64,000 bases of DNA from an uncultured Chthoniobacteraceae bacterium. GTDB taxonomy: Bacteria > Verrucomicrobiota > Verrucomicrobiia > Chthoniobacterales > CAKUMP01. The notes under the pieces were generated by a model, which searched no databases, had not been told where the DNA came from, and saw only the letters and a list, made by a program, of their open reading frames with translations. Shown piece after piece: positions 1-10,267 of this stretch; the stretch's first letter is position 1, and every line of letters begins with the position of its first letter. Made by a program: the position numbers and the translations under genes. The stretch covers positions 19,399 to 83,398 of the forward strand of contig CBDUBV010000001.1 in NCBI GenBank assembly GCA_965365475.1, written 5' to 3'.

Positions 1-43
1 GAAAATCTTTTTCCAGCCGGGCAACGCATTCGGTAAGCAGCAT
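1..43 (-). CDS. nuoC: NADH-quinone oxidoreductase subunit C, extreme 5' end only (runs off window)
   Basis: A minus-strand ATG (41-43) lies 1 nt after the nuoB stop (45-47) and reads MLLTECVARLEKDF. The call rests only on its position downstream of nuoB. Confidence 0.3.
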   Translation of the reverse strand, partial: MLLTECVARLEKDF

Positions 44-44
44 G

Positions 45-566
45 TTATTTTAAAGAGTTTAGCAATTCGCGTTTCTGATCTGTGAAAGAAGATTCCGTTT
101 CGATCTTGCGCTGAAGCGTCATGAGCCCTTCCAAGAGCGCTTCCGGACGAGGCGGACAGCCCGAGACATAAACGTCCACAGGGATCAACCGGTCTATGCC
201 CTGGAGCACCGCGTAACTCCGATACATGCCGCCGCTGGAAGCACAAGCGCCCATCGCGATGACCCATTTCGGCTCCGGCATTTGATCGTAAATGCGTTTT
301 ACCGCGTAAGCCATTTTGTAAGTCACCGTGCCAGCCACAATCATGACGTCGGATTGCCGGGGGGAGAACCGCATGACTTCCGCGCCGAATCGGCTGATAT
401 CGAAACGTGAAGATGCCGAAGCCATCAGCTCGATGGCGCAACAGGCGAGGCCCATAGGCATGGGCCACAGAGAGTTTTTGCGCATCCAATTAATGGCGGA
501 ATCCAGGCGGGTGAAAATCACATTGCCTTCGATTTTCGAGTCATATGCCAATGGCGCAGCGGTCAT
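45..566 (-). CDS. nuoB: NADH-quinone oxidoreductase subunit B (20-kDa/PSST subunit)
   Basis: 173-aa ORF. It has the Cys motifs of the N2 Fe-S cluster site: [25 protein letters not shown]. Confidence 0.95.
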   Translation of the reverse strand: MTAAPLAYDSKIEGNVIFTRLDSAINWMRKNSLWPMPMGLACCAIELMASASSRFDISRFGAEVMRFSPRQSDVMIVAGTVTYKMAYAVKRIYDQMPEPKWVIAMGACASSGGMYRSYAVLQGIDRLIPVDVYVSGCPPRPEALLEGLMTLQRKIETESSFTDQKRELLNSLK

Positions 567-645
567 GCTTCACTAAAGGTGGGTGCTATGTGCGCGGGCA
601 AGCGAAATTATAAAAAACTTCCAATTTGCGCCCGCCTGCACCCAC

Positions 646-1227
646 TTACCATTGCACCCGAAAACCCGCGCTCCAGATATTGGCTTGATCGGCTAGCTCC
701 ACGCCGGTGTTTACCTGAAAGTTTTCTATGATGTTCAAGCCTGCTCCCAAGCCGACCTTGAACTCCTCATTGTCCACGGTGGAAAATGTCATGTCCGCAT
801 TGAGTTCCAGCAGATCGAGCGGCAGCATCCGCACCCCCGGCTTGGCATACACACCGAACTCGTCGTTTTGTAGCGAGCGGAGATCGCTGTCCACTTCGCT
901 ATAGACCACCCCGGCATGACCCGTGAGATGGAAATACTCGATCACTTCCACGTACCCGCCCATGCCCAGATGGATGCGTGTGGTTTCCAGGTCCAAGTTG
1001 TCGCGATCCGAATCCGCCTGGGCCATGGCCAGACCGCCGATGATGAAAAAATTATCATACGGCGAAATGCTCACCTCACCGCGAGCACCGTGCCCGTTCT
1101 CCACTTTATCGTTATCAAAATCGGTGTACGTGTAGTCCAAATCCACAAAGCTGTATTTCAAATCAGCCATGGCTACCTGTGTGAATAAGACGGTGAATAA
1201 GACGCAGAATAGTTTGTGCATAATCAT
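646..1227 (-). CDS. small outer-membrane beta-barrel protein (OmpW/OmpA-barrel-like)
   Basis: Signal peptide MIMHKLFCVLFTVLFTQVAMA|D. Alternating amphipathic strands and a C-terminal aromatic (..AGFRVQW). Confidence 0.6.
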   Translation of the reverse strand: MIMHKLFCVLFTVLFTQVAMADLKYSFVDLDYTYTDFDNDKVENGHGARGEVSISPYDNFFIIGGLAMAQADSDRDNLDLETTRIHLGMGGYVEVIEYFHLTGHAGVVYSEVDSDLRSLQNDEFGVYAKPGVRMLPLDLLELNADMTFSTVDNEEFKVGLGAGLNIIENFQVNTGVELADQANIWSAGFRVQW

Positions 1228-1350
1228 ATTATATATTGTGAATAAAATCCGGAAACCGCTGACATGCTATCGATCGGAGTGCCGGGATCAAGCATTTTTT
1301 CCAATGACATGTTGCGTTGGGATGTGCTGCCGGATACTCTCCACCCACTT

Positions 1351-2235
1351 ATGGCAAAAGCAGCTTTGGGCAAAGGACTTGGCGCACTGATCGGAGCACC
1401 TGCGCGGATCGCTGCCCCCCCTGAGCCAGGGGAAAAAGTAGTGGATGTGGCACTCGACACCGTGGTACCGAGCCCGTGGCAGCCTCGCACAGAATTCGCT
1501 CCGGAGAATCTGCAGGAGTTAGTGGAATCCATTAGTCAACGCGGCATTATCCAGCCGTTGATTGTGCGCATGGTGAATGGTCAGCATGAGCTGATCGCTG
1601 GCGAGCGCAGGTGGAGAGCGGCCGGGATGGTGGGGTTAAAGCAAGTCCCTGTGCTCATTAGGGAAGCTTCCGACATGGAGGTGCTGGAACTGGCCTTGAT
1701 CGAGAATTTGCAGCGGGAGGATTTGAACCCAATCGAAGAAGCGCGGGCTTATGCGCGGATGGCGCGGGAATTTCAGCTTAAACAGGAGGAGATCGCGCAG
1801 AAAGTGGGCAAGAGCCGCGCAGCAGTGGCCAATGCGATGCGTCTGCTGGATTTGGACGAACTCATCCAGACTTGGGTGGTGCAAGGCCGACTCAGCGTGG
1901 GTCACGCCAAGGCATTGCTCGGGATCAAGGACCTGGCCGAACAGCGGCATCTGGCCGAGCGCATCCTGCGCGATGGGACCACGGTGCGGGGAGCGGAAGC
2001 GTTGGTGTCCGCGCATTTGCAGAGCCAGACGACGTCGGGCACACGACCTGCGGGCAGACGCCAGACAGCCACCCTCGCGCCTGCACTTCAACACGTGCAG
2101 AACCGTCTGCGCGAGCATCTCGCCACGCAGGTGTCCTTGCACCACGGGGAGCACAAAGGGCGGTTGGAGATCGAGTATTACGGCTCGGAAGATTTGCAAC
2201 GAATTCTGGAAGTGATCGGCCTGCCGCAGGAGTGA
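1351..2235 (+). CDS. parB: chromosome partitioning protein ParB
   Basis: N-terminus MAKAALGKGLGALI, ParB box LIAGERRWRAA, HTH region, and C-terminal dimerisation-like GRLEIEYYGSEDLQRI. I chose the ATG at 1351 over the ORF-track start at 1264 because of the typical ParB N-terminus. Confidence 0.9.
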   Translation: MAKAALGKGLGALIGAPARIAAPPEPGEKVVDVALDTVVPSPWQPRTEFAPENLQELVESISQRGIIQPLIVRMVNGQHELIAGERRWRAAGMVGLKQVPVLIREASDMEVLELALIENLQREDLNPIEEARAYARMAREFQLKQEEIAQKVGKSRAAVANAMRLLDLDELIQTWVVQGRLSVGHAKALLGIKDLAEQRHLAERILRDGTTVRGAEALVSAHLQSQTTSGTRPAGRRQTATLAPALQHVQNRLREHLATQVSLHHGEHKGRLEIEYYGSEDLQRILEVIGLPQE

Positions 2236-2499
2236 GGCGCGGCGGCATGTGCGGTGACTATACTGCGCTCGATCAAATTTCGGGAAAAACTGGTTGAAGA
2301 GGGGCTCGCTGGGAGCAGCGGGTTGCAACCGCCATGGGCGATTACAAATCGCCCCTCCTTGAGCTTGCCCAAGTATTCGCGAGTTTTCGAATCCGAAAAC
2401 TTGCTGGCGCGCAGTATAGTTGCGATGTGGTGAATAAATTATCCCCATGACAGCAAACAATTTTTCGATTGGCAGACCGCAGGTGGCACCGATGATGTC

Positions 2500-2982
2500 A
2501 TGCGGCTCGTGGATTGCCTGGAGCGGAATGATGTCCGGTGGTGCGCCATCGGTGGGATAGCTGTGAACCACTGGGCAGAGGAGGCCATGGTCACCCAGTA
2601 TCTGGATTTTGCAGTAACCACGGAGGATGTGACTCGCGTCCACAATCTTCTGATCGATGCTGGTTTTTCAGCAGAGCGCCATCCATGGTCCATTAATTTC
2701 AAAGGGCTTTCCAAGGTCAGTATCCAATTGAGCACGGAGGAGGTTTATCTAAGCTTTCCCATGAGAAGTGTGCCTGCAGATGTCCACGGTATTCTGCTTC
2801 GCGTCGCCAGTCTGGAGGACACGCTCCATGGAAAGATTCTTGCATGGAGCGATGAGCGTCGAAGGCAGAGCAAGCACTTGAAAGACTTTGCGGATATCGC
2901 CCGCTTGGTGGAGTCGCATCCGGAGTTGTGGGAGAAACTTCCAGAAGACTTGCGTGCCACAATCGAGCACCCGGACTCGTGA
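2500..2982 (+). CDS. hypothetical protein, nucleotidyltransferase-fold-like (MNT/AbiEii-like N-terminus, degenerate)
   Basis: 160 aa. [10 protein letters not shown]...YLDFAV resembles the G[GS]-x(9-14)-DxD NTase pattern, but only one Asp is present. The C-terminus is helical. Confidence 0.4.
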   Translation: MRLVDCLERNDVRWCAIGGIAVNHWAEEAMVTQYLDFAVTTEDVTRVHNLLIDAGFSAERHPWSINFKGLSKVSIQLSTEEVYLSFPMRSVPADVHGILLRVASLEDTLHGKILAWSDERRRQSKHLKDFADIARLVESHPELWEKLPEDLRATIEHPDS

Positions 2983-3064
2983 TGCAGGCCCGGCGCGGAG
3001 GGTGATTTGCGAATTATGGCTTTGCATGTTCCACTGCGGGTCTTTAGTTTTTCCGCTTCTATTT

Positions 3065-5056
3065 ATGCAAATTATGAATGCTGACACCCTCTCTCAAGCC
3101 GCCAATGAAGCCCGCGGACTCGCTATCGATGCCGTTCACGCCTGCAGTTCAGGGCACCTGGGTTTGCCGTTGGGTTGCGCGGAGATCGGCGCCGCGCTTT
3201 ATGGAAAAGTCCTCTCGCACGTGCCTTCCGACCCGAAATGGATAAACCGCGACCGGTTCGTGTTGTCTGCCGGACACGGAAGCATGTTCCTCTACGCATG
3301 GCTGCATATCTCCGGTTACAACGTCTCGCTTGATCAGCTAAAAAACTTCCGCCAACTGCATAGCGGCACTCCAGGACATCCCGAACAATTCGAGACGCCC
3401 GGCGTGGAGGCGACCACCGGCCCGCTCGGGCAGGGCATCGCCAATGCCGTCGGTATGGCCACCTCTGCGAAGATGGCAGCCGCGCATTTTAATACAAAGC
3501 AGCACACGATCTTCGATCATCATGTGATCTGCCTCGCCGGCGACGGCTGCATGCAGGAAGGCATCGCGGCGGAAGCCTCTGCGTTTGCGGCGCATTTCGG
3601 CCTGGATAATTTGATCCTTATTTACGACGCGAACGATGTGACCCTCGACGCCATGGCCGATGCCACGCAGAGCGAAGACACTGCGGCGCGTTACAAAGCA
3701 TACGGATTCGATGTGCACACGATCGATGGCAATGATCTCGACGCCGTCGTCTCAGCGGTGGAAAAAGCTAAAGCATCAGACCATGGCAAGCCGCATCTCA
3801 TCATCGCCCGGACTCTCATCGGCAAAGGCATCGAGGAAGTCGCTGGCACCAGCAAAGCCCACGGCGAGGGCGGTGCAAAGTTTGCCGAGTCCGCGAAGGA
3901 AAGTCTGGGGCTTGGCGGCAAGCATTTCCATGTCTCGCCCGAGACCATCGCAGCATTTGCCGCGCACAAGGAGGAGTTGCAGAGGCGACACTCCGCCTGG
4001 GCTGGCATTTACAAAGCCTGGCAGACAGCCAACCCCGAACTCTCCGCCCAACTCGACTCCGCTCTCAATAGACAGGTCCCACCCGATCTGCTCAGCCGCA
4101 TTCCGGAGTTCTCTGCGGAAGAGAAAATAGCCACGCGCAAAGCGGGCTCCGTCGTTCTCCAACCCATCGCGGCTGCCATGCCCTTGCTCATCAGCGGCAG
4201 CGCCGACCTGCACGGCTCGACCCTCAACTACATCGCGGACGCGGGCGATTTCACTGCGAAGAATCCAGCGGGGCGCAACATTCGTTTCGGCATCCGCGAA
4301 CATGCCATGGCGGGCATGCTCAATGGGTTTGCTTACGATGGAATCTTCCGCCCCTCCGGCGCGACCTTCATGGTGTTTGCGGATTACGCCCGGCCATCGA
4401 TCCGGCTGGCTGCGCTCTCCTCGCTGCCGGTGGTCTATATTTTCACACACGATTCCGTGGGCGTGGGCGAGGATGGACCGACGCATCAGCCGGTTGAGAC
4501 TGTGTCGGCTTTGCGGCTCATCCCGAATCTGGATGTGATCCGGCCTGCGGACCCGGAGGAGACAGCGGGCGCATTCGCTGCTGCGATGGAGCGGACAGAC
4601 GGGCCCACGATGCTCTCCCTGACACGGCAGGCGGTTCGCAACCTGAGCGAGATTCCAGTGGCGGAACGTCGCGAGGGCGTGCGCAAAGGAGCATACATCG
4701 CCAGGAAAGAACGCGCGGAATTGACCGTGATCCTGCTCAGTTGCGGAAGCGAACTGCAATTGGCACTGGAGGCCGCTGAGAAGCTGGGCGACGGCTGCCG
4801 AGTGGTATCGGTGCCATGTTTCGAACGGTTCGAACGCCAGCCCGATGAGTATAAGAAAGCGATATTGCCTGCGAGCTGTCGCAAGCGCGTGGCAATCGAA
4901 GCGGGCGTATCCGCTCTCTGGAGCCAGTATGTCGGGCTGGATGGCAAGGTGATCGGGATAGATCGTTTCGGCATGAGCGCACCTGGCAACGTGGTGATGA
5001 GCGAGTTGGGCATCACGGCATCGCATGTGGTGGAAGCGGTGCAATCGCTGGGCTGA
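3065..5056 (+). CDS. tkt: transketolase
   Basis: Motifs [18 protein letters not shown] and [15 protein letters not shown]. The ORF-track start at 2888 is an upstream extension. The start is likely ATG 3065 or 3074 (MQIMNADTL..). Confidence 0.95.
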   Translation: MQIMNADTLSQAANEARGLAIDAVHACSSGHLGLPLGCAEIGAALYGKVLSHVPSDPKWINRDRFVLSAGHGSMFLYAWLHISGYNVSLDQLKNFRQLHSGTPGHPEQFETPGVEATTGPLGQGIANAVGMATSAKMAAAHFNTKQHTIFDHHVICLAGDGCMQEGIAAEASAFAAHFGLDNLILIYDANDVTLDAMADATQSEDTAARYKAYGFDVHTIDGNDLDAVVSAVEKAKASDHGKPHLIIARTLIGKGIEEVAGTSKAHGEGGAKFAESAKESLGLGGKHFHVSPETIAAFAAHKEELQRRHSAWAGIYKAWQTANPELSAQLDSALNRQVPPDLLSRIPEFSAEEKIATRKAGSVVLQPIAAAMPLLISGSADLHGSTLNYIADAGDFTAKNPAGRNIRFGIREHAMAGMLNGFAYDGIFRPSGATFMVFADYARPSIRLAALSSLPVVYIFTHDSVGVGEDGPTHQPVETVSALRLIPNLDVIRPADPEETAGAFAAAMERTDGPTMLSLTRQAVRNLSEIPVAERREGVRKGAYIARKERAELTVILLSCGSELQLALEAAEKLGDGCRVVSVPCFERFERQPDEYKKAILPASCRKRVAIEAGVSALWSQYVGLDGKVIGIDRFGMSAPGNVVMSELGITASHVVEAVQSLG

Positions 5057-5065
5057 AGAATTTTT

Positions 5066-5677
5066 ATGAAACCAATCATACTGGCATGGGTGGCTGTGTT
5101 GGCTTTGAACTCTGCAGTGTTCGCAGGGCCACATGAGGGGGCGGTATTTGCCAACGAGGACTTTGAGGAAACGCGGCGTTTCGAACTTGGCTATGAAACG
5201 GCTGTGGTGTTCGGGATCAACAACATCCATGATTATGTGCTCATGCCACAAGTAGTCACCTTGAGCTGGCTGCCCCCGGAGCAGCCAGGCAAGGGGCGTT
5301 GGCAGGCCCGGCGACACTGGCAGATCGCGGCAGTCGTCGAACCGATTCTGCAAGGACCGGAATCGCTTTACACCGGCATCGCGCTGGGGCATCGGCTGCG
5401 GTTTGGGCCGAAGGATGCAGCTTATGCTTACGAGATTACCGGTCGATTCGGCCCCGGCTGGATCGACTCCACGGACGCGCCTGATGCGCAGGGGCAGGAT
5501 TTTACTTTTGTCGTGATGGTGAATGTCGGTGTGCGCTGGGAGATAGGGCGCGACTGGAATGCTTTCGCGGGCGTGATGTACCATCATCTCTCCAATGCCG
5601 GTCTATCCGAGCCTGAGCGCAAGAATGTGGGGCTCGATGCTTACGGTCCGGTCATTGCGATCAGTCGCAAGTTCTAA
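5066..5677 (+). CDS. PagL-like lipid A deacylase / acyloxyacyl hydrolase family outer-membrane protein
   Basis: Signal peptide MKPIILAWVAVLALNSAVFA. C-terminal HHLSNAG His/Ser motif typical of the PagL family. Ends in F. Confidence 0.55.
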   Translation: MKPIILAWVAVLALNSAVFAGPHEGAVFANEDFEETRRFELGYETAVVFGINNIHDYVLMPQVVTLSWLPPEQPGKGRWQARRHWQIAAVVEPILQGPESLYTGIALGHRLRFGPKDAAYAYEITGRFGPGWIDSTDAPDAQGQDFTFVVMVNVGVRWEIGRDWNAFAGVMYHHLSNAGLSEPERKNVGLDAYGPVIAISRKF

Positions 5678-5722
5678 AGCTGTAGCCTTGCCATTCCCCG
5701 CTCCCGCCCGATACTTCCCGCC

Positions 5723-6943
5723 ATGATTTTTAAAGATTTGGGACTATCGGAGCAGGTGTTGCAAGGGGTGACAGCGATGGGGTATGTCGATCCAACGCCC
5801 ATCCAGTTGCGTGCGATTCCTGCGGGCCTGGGCGGACGCGACATAATTGGAAGTGCGCAGACGGGCACTGGCAAGACCGCTGCATTTGGGTTGCCCATTT
5901 TGTCCAAGCTGGAATCCACTGGCACGATGCGCTGCCTCATTCTGGAACCCACTCGAGAGCTTGCGATGCAGGTGGAAACTGCGATGCGGGATTACGCGCG
6001 GTTTACGAATTTAAAGATTGGCGTGATTTATGGCGGAGTCGGTTACGGGCCGCAGAAGGACTCGATCCGCGATGGTATCGATGTGTTGGTGGCGACGCCC
6101 GGACGGTTGTTGGACTTGATGGGCCAGGGCATCGTGGAGTTGAAGACGATCGAGTATCTCGTGCTCGACGAGATGGACCGCATGCTGGACATGGGTTTCC
6201 TGCCCGACGTGCGGCGGATCGTGGAGAAGTGCAGGAAACAACGGCAGACGATGCTTTTCTCCGCCACGATGCCGCCCGAGATCGAGGGCATGACAAGCTG
6301 GGTATTAAAAGACCCGGAGGTGATCGAGATCGGCATGCGCCAATCGCCAGCGGAGACGATCCGGCACGCGCTTTATCCCGTGGCCAAGGATCAGAAGTTC
6401 GATCTACTCACCGCGCTGCTTGAGCGGACCAATTTCGATAGCGTGCTCATTTTTACCCGGACCAAACACGAAGCGGACCGGATAGCATCCATGTTAAAAA
6501 ATGCACGGCATGCGGTGGCGGTGTTGCATTCCAACCGCACGCAGCGCGAACGGGTGGAAGCGCTCGAAGGGTTTAAGTCGCAAAAATACGAGGTGATGGT
6601 GGCCACGGACATCGCTTCGCGCGGGTTGGACATCGCCGGGGTGAGCCATGTGGTGAACTACGATGTGCCGCAACATCCCGAAGACTACGTGCACCGGATC
6701 GGGCGCACGGGGCGGGCGCAGAATGTGGGCGATGCGTTCACGCTATTTACTGCGGAAGAGTTGGACGACGTGAAAAAGATCGAGCGTTTTATCGGGCAGA
6801 GCATTGCGCGGTTGAAGCTGGAGAATTTTAAATATACCTACACCGCGTTGTTTAATGAGAAAGAAGCGGCTGTGGCACTCGGAGCGCGCGGTGCGCGGAC
6901 GCTCGGTGGCTACAGCATGGGCGTGCGCCGCAAGCGGCGGTAG
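5723..6943 (+). CDS. DEAD-box ATP-dependent RNA helicase (motif II variant DEMD)
   Basis: Q-motif PTPIQ, motif I AQTGTGKT, Ia PTRELA, II VLDEMD, III SAT, VI HRIGRTGRA. Confidence 0.9.
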   Translation: MIFKDLGLSEQVLQGVTAMGYVDPTPIQLRAIPAGLGGRDIIGSAQTGTGKTAAFGLPILSKLESTGTMRCLILEPTRELAMQVETAMRDYARFTNLKIGVIYGGVGYGPQKDSIRDGIDVLVATPGRLLDLMGQGIVELKTIEYLVLDEMDRMLDMGFLPDVRRIVEKCRKQRQTMLFSATMPPEIEGMTSWVLKDPEVIEIGMRQSPAETIRHALYPVAKDQKFDLLTALLERTNFDSVLIFTRTKHEADRIASMLKNARHAVAVLHSNRTQRERVEALEGFKSQKYEVMVATDIASRGLDIAGVSHVVNYDVPQHPEDYVHRIGRTGRAQNVGDAFTLFTAEELDDVKKIERFIGQSIARLKLENFKYTYTALFNEKEAAVALGARGARTLGGYSMGVRRKRR

Positions 6944-7039
6944 CCTCAGAGTGAAGGCGCTTCGCGGTAGGTGTATGCGAAATAGGAGGGGCGATTTGCA
7001 ATCGCCCTACGGCGGTTATAGACTGCGGATGCTTTGGCC

Positions 7040-8317
7040 TCAGCGATGGCCGCTGCGCATGGTGCGCCCGCTGCGGTTCCCGCGACCTGGCCGTGCGGGG
7101 GGCATGCGGGGCTGGAGCGGCTTGGGACGAGCAAGTTGCGCTGCGCGTTTATCGACTCCAGCCGAAGCCTGTTCGCAGTGGAAAGGTTGTGCGCTGCGGA
7201 CGGGGATGGGCTGGCGAATAAGCTTTTCGATCTGCCGGATGTAAGCGCGCTCCTCGCCATCGCACAGCGAGATGGCGATGCCGTCCGCGCCTGCACGGGC
7301 GGTGCGCCCGATGCGATGCACATAAGACTCTGGTTCATTCGGAATGTCGAAATTGATCACCAGCGAGATGCCTTTTACATCGATGCCGCGTGCTGCGATG
7401 TCGGTGGCGATCAGCACGCGGACTTTGCCGGCGCGGAATTCTTCAAGAGCACGCTCGCGCGCCGTCTGGGATTTATTGCCATGAATGGCGGCGGCTGCGA
7501 TGCCATTGCGAGCGAGTTGTTCGACGAGTTTGTTTGCGCCGTGTTTCATGCGGACAAATACCAACACCAGACCTGTGGGATGCTCATTCAGCAGATGAAT
7601 GAGAAGACTGCGTTTTTTACTTTTTTCAACAAAACACACTTCCTGCCGAATGCGTTCCGCTGTGGTGGCCACCGGTGCCACCTCGACGCGTACGGGATCG
7701 TGCAATAAACGGTCGGCAATTTCCTGAATCGGAGCGGGCATGGTGGCTGAGAACAGCAGGGACTGACGCCGGGGCGGCAGATACGACATGATTTTTTTCA
7801 CATCATGAACAAAACCCATGTCCAGCATGCGGTCGGCTTCATCGAGCACAAATACTTCGACTGAGTCCAGCACGGCGTGTTTCTGCTGGATGAGATCGAG
7901 CAGACGACCCGGCGTGGCAACGAGGATATCCAGACCGTTATCGAGCGCCTTCACCTGCGGATTCTGACCCACGCCGCCGAAGACGACGGCATGGCGCAGC
8001 GAAAGCTTGGAGCCGTAGGTGGCAAAGCTCTCTCCGATCTGCGCGGCCAGCTCGCGCGTGGGTGTGAGGATGAGTGCGCGCATGCGGCGTCCGCGTCGGG
8101 GTGCGGGTTGCAATGCGAGTCGCTGAAGAATCGGCAGAGCGAATGCAGCCGTCTTGCCGGTGCCGGTCTGCGCACAGCCCACGAGATCACGGCCTTCGAG
8201 CAGATGCGGGATGGCTTGAAGCTGGATCGGCGATGGGGTGGTGTAATTTTTCTCTCGCAGAGCTTCCTGGAGAGGTTCCATGAGCGCGAGTTGTTGAAAG
8301 GTGGAGTCGGTGGTCAT
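7040..8317 (-). CDS. DEAD-box ATP-dependent RNA helicase (RhlE-like) with Arg/Pro-rich C-terminal tail
   Basis: [39 protein letters not shown]. Basic tail ..[17 protein letters not shown]. Confidence 0.9.
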   Translation of the reverse strand: MTTDSTFQQLALMEPLQEALREKNYTTPSPIQLQAIPHLLEGRDLVGCAQTGTGKTAAFALPILQRLALQPAPRRGRRMRALILTPTRELAAQIGESFATYGSKLSLRHAVVFGGVGQNPQVKALDNGLDILVATPGRLLDLIQQKHAVLDSVEVFVLDEADRMLDMGFVHDVKKIMSYLPPRRQSLLFSATMPAPIQEIADRLLHDPVRVEVAPVATTAERIRQEVCFVEKSKKRSLLIHLLNEHPTGLVLVFVRMKHGANKLVEQLARNGIAAAAIHGNKSQTARERALEEFRAGKVRVLIATDIAARGIDVKGISLVINFDIPNEPESYVHRIGRTARAGADGIAISLCDGEERAYIRQIEKLIRQPIPVRSAQPFHCEQASAGVDKRAAQLARPKPLQPRMPPARPGRGNRSGRTMRSGHR

Positions 8318-8458
8318 AAAAAAAAATAATCTCAGGCTGGCGAATTACGCTGCTTGAGGATGGTAAAACCGACGCAGCGTGGCATCGGTTGGAAAAGGGT
8401 GCTTACCCTTCGGTTGTGCCTGTGAGGCGAAGATGCGCGTTGGATACCAAGTGTGCCC

Positions 8459-8722
8459 TCAGATTCTCAGGGGCTGGGTTTTGCTTTTCGGTCTGAACTC
8501 TGCGGGGATGGCGCCGACAAAACGCGGGGTCAGCCCAAGCTTCTCGAAAATGATTTGGATTTGCCCCAGGGTGACGGTTGGCTCGTCGAACTCCATATAG
8601 ACGATGTCGTGGTTGCTATCGATCTTGTAGCGAAGCGAGGGGATCGCTTCGAGTTCGTGGTCCAGCTCAAGGATTGTCTGCAAATTCCGGACACCGGCTG
8701 CGTAAACTTCAAGTTCCAACAT
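8459..8722 (-). CDS. hypothetical small protein (87 aa)
   Basis: The ORF has a protein-like composition and a beta-alpha-beta-like pattern. No recognised motif. Confidence 0.4.
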   Translation of the reverse strand: MLELEVYAAGVRNLQTILELDHELEAIPSLRYKIDSNHDIVYMEFDEPTVTLGQIQIIFEKLGLTPRFVGAIPAEFRPKSKTQPLRI

Positions 8723-8934
8723 GGGAAAGTGGGGTTGAGGGGGATGTAATGTGAGTGACGATGGGTTGGATTGTAACGTGTTCGTTCTCGGTGTAAAGCG
8801 CAGAAACGCAAGAGCTGAACGTGTCTATACATGGGGCGGTGCATCATGACAGCACTCAGGAAGTTGGAGGAGTCGCTACAGAGAGAAGCTGCGAGGTCGT
8901 GTAGGCCATGGGTCGGCGCAATCTCTCAAACCAA

Positions 8935-10101
8935 TCATTTGTTGTCGGGTGTGCTGGCTGATGAATCTCCGCGAACGTGTTTCATGCGGTATTGCATGGG
9001 GCTTATGCCGACAGTGTTGGAAAATGCTCGGCTGAACGTGATGAGGCCCGAAAACCCACACTCCGATGCGATAGTGCTCACCGGTCTATTTGTCGTGCGA
9101 AGCGCTTCTTTGGCATGGCGAATGCGGACGCGCATCAGTTCTTTTGCAATGGGTTGTCCCACCTCAGCGGCAAACAATTTATACAATGCTGAACGCGACA
9201 AGGGCACCATGCGTGTCAATTCCTCCACGTCGAGAGGAGTCGCGTATTCATCCCAGATGCGGCGCAGCACGCGCAAGACATGAGGGTCTGCCACAGCCAA
9301 AAAGTCAGTGCTTTCCCGCGTGGTCACTCCAAGAGGCGACACTCGGACCACCTCTGCCCGTGGTTTATGACCCCGCATGAGGCGGTCGAGTTCCTCGCAA
9401 GCCCGATACCCGAGGCCTTCGGAATTGGCATTCACGCTGGAGAGTTTTACCGGCAGAAAATTCGCGACCAGCTCGCTGTCGCCCACCCCGATAATCGCGA
9501 CCTCCTCCGGGATGCGGATACCTGCCTCCACTGCGGCTGTGAGGATAATGGCAGCGGCGTCATCGTTCTGGCAGAAGACAGCCAGAGGGCGAGGAAGCGA
9601 CATTAACTCGGCCACGGCCCACTCCTGCACCGCGCGGTAGTTGATGGCGTGAGGGTGCAACGAAGGTCGCCAGCGCCGCATTTCACATGTAAAACCTGCT
9701 TTCTCCAGGGCCAGAGAAAAACCTTCGGAAGTCTCGCGTTCAAGCACCGTGCTTTGGATATGTAGAAATGCAAAATTGCGATGGTTCCGCTCCAGAAAAT
9801 GCTGGGCTGCAATTTCACCGACGCGGTGGTTATCGCACCAAACTCTCGGGAAATTCCAAAAATCAGAACCTGTGTTAACCACGGGCAGTCCTAGGCTTCG
9901 CACGGCCTTGGCAGTCTCCGGCTCGCTCAGCAAAGCGATGACTCCGTCGCCCTCCCACCCTTCGGGAAACTGATGGCTCCGGGTCATGTGGGAGTTCAGC
10001 AGCCAATCGTGTTTGCGTGCGTACCGGGCCATCCCCTCATGTATTTTGGGCTCATACCAATCGATGGCGAGGAGGACGCGTTGGCGGTGCTTGACGGACA
10101 T
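8935..10101 (-). CDS. XylR-type regulator: LacI/PBP-like sugar-sensing domain + C-terminal AraC-family HTH
   Basis: N-terminal MSVKHRQRVLLAIDWYEPKIHEGMARYA.. (PBP type-1 like). C-terminal AraC HTH ..VSTIASECGFSGLITFSRAFSNTVGISPMQYR. Start set to ATG 10101. Upstream in-frame ATGs exist at 10206 and 10296. Confidence 0.8.
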   Translation of the reverse strand: MSVKHRQRVLLAIDWYEPKIHEGMARYARKHDWLLNSHMTRSHQFPEGWEGDGVIALLSEPETAKAVRSLGLPVVNTGSDFWNFPRVWCDNHRVGEIAAQHFLERNHRNFAFLHIQSTVLERETSEGFSLALEKAGFTCEMRRWRPSLHPHAINYRAVQEWAVAELMSLPRPLAVFCQNDDAAAIILTAAVEAGIRIPEEVAIIGVGDSELVANFLPVKLSSVNANSEGLGYRACEELDRLMRGHKPRAEVVRVSPLGVTTRESTDFLAVADPHVLRVLRRIWDEYATPLDVEELTRMVPLSRSALYKLFAAEVGQPIAKELMRVRIRHAKEALRTTNRPVSTIASECGFSGLITFSRAFSNTVGISPMQYRMKHVRGDSSASTPDNK

Positions 10102-10267
10102 TTTTAAAATAAGTGGCTGAACAACTGGCAAGTGTAAATGAGTTATTAAAGATTGCTGCCTGTTCCGCTCAGCAAGTATCGGTTCGTAGATCTTTTCTTC
10201 ATCCATCTTAGAAAAAAAATGGTTTCGGATTTTGCAAGCGCCACTGCAACACACTAGGCTACGCGCC

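Noticed and set aside
2236-2499. Possible small antitoxin gene or sRNA between parB and the NTase-like gene
   Set aside because: There is no ORF with a start codon and plausible sequence in either strand, and I recognised no structured-RNA motif. It is left unannotated.
1636-2643. 335-aa ORF antisense to parB
   Set aside because: It overlaps a confidently identified parB. The translation is low-complexity and there is no start context.
2888-3064. N-terminal extensions in the ORF track (tkt 2888; also GH10 to 42001, LmbE-like to 63920, lnt to 52293, parB from 1264)
   Set aside because: The extended parts overlap neighbouring genes or read as non-protein-like sequence. Internal ATGs give canonical family N-termini or signal peptides.
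3776-5587. 603-aa ORF on the minus strand
   Set aside because: It is antisense to transketolase and the PagL-like gene. Its composition is R/A/H/P-rich with no motifs. This is a typical shadow ORF in GC-rich DNA.
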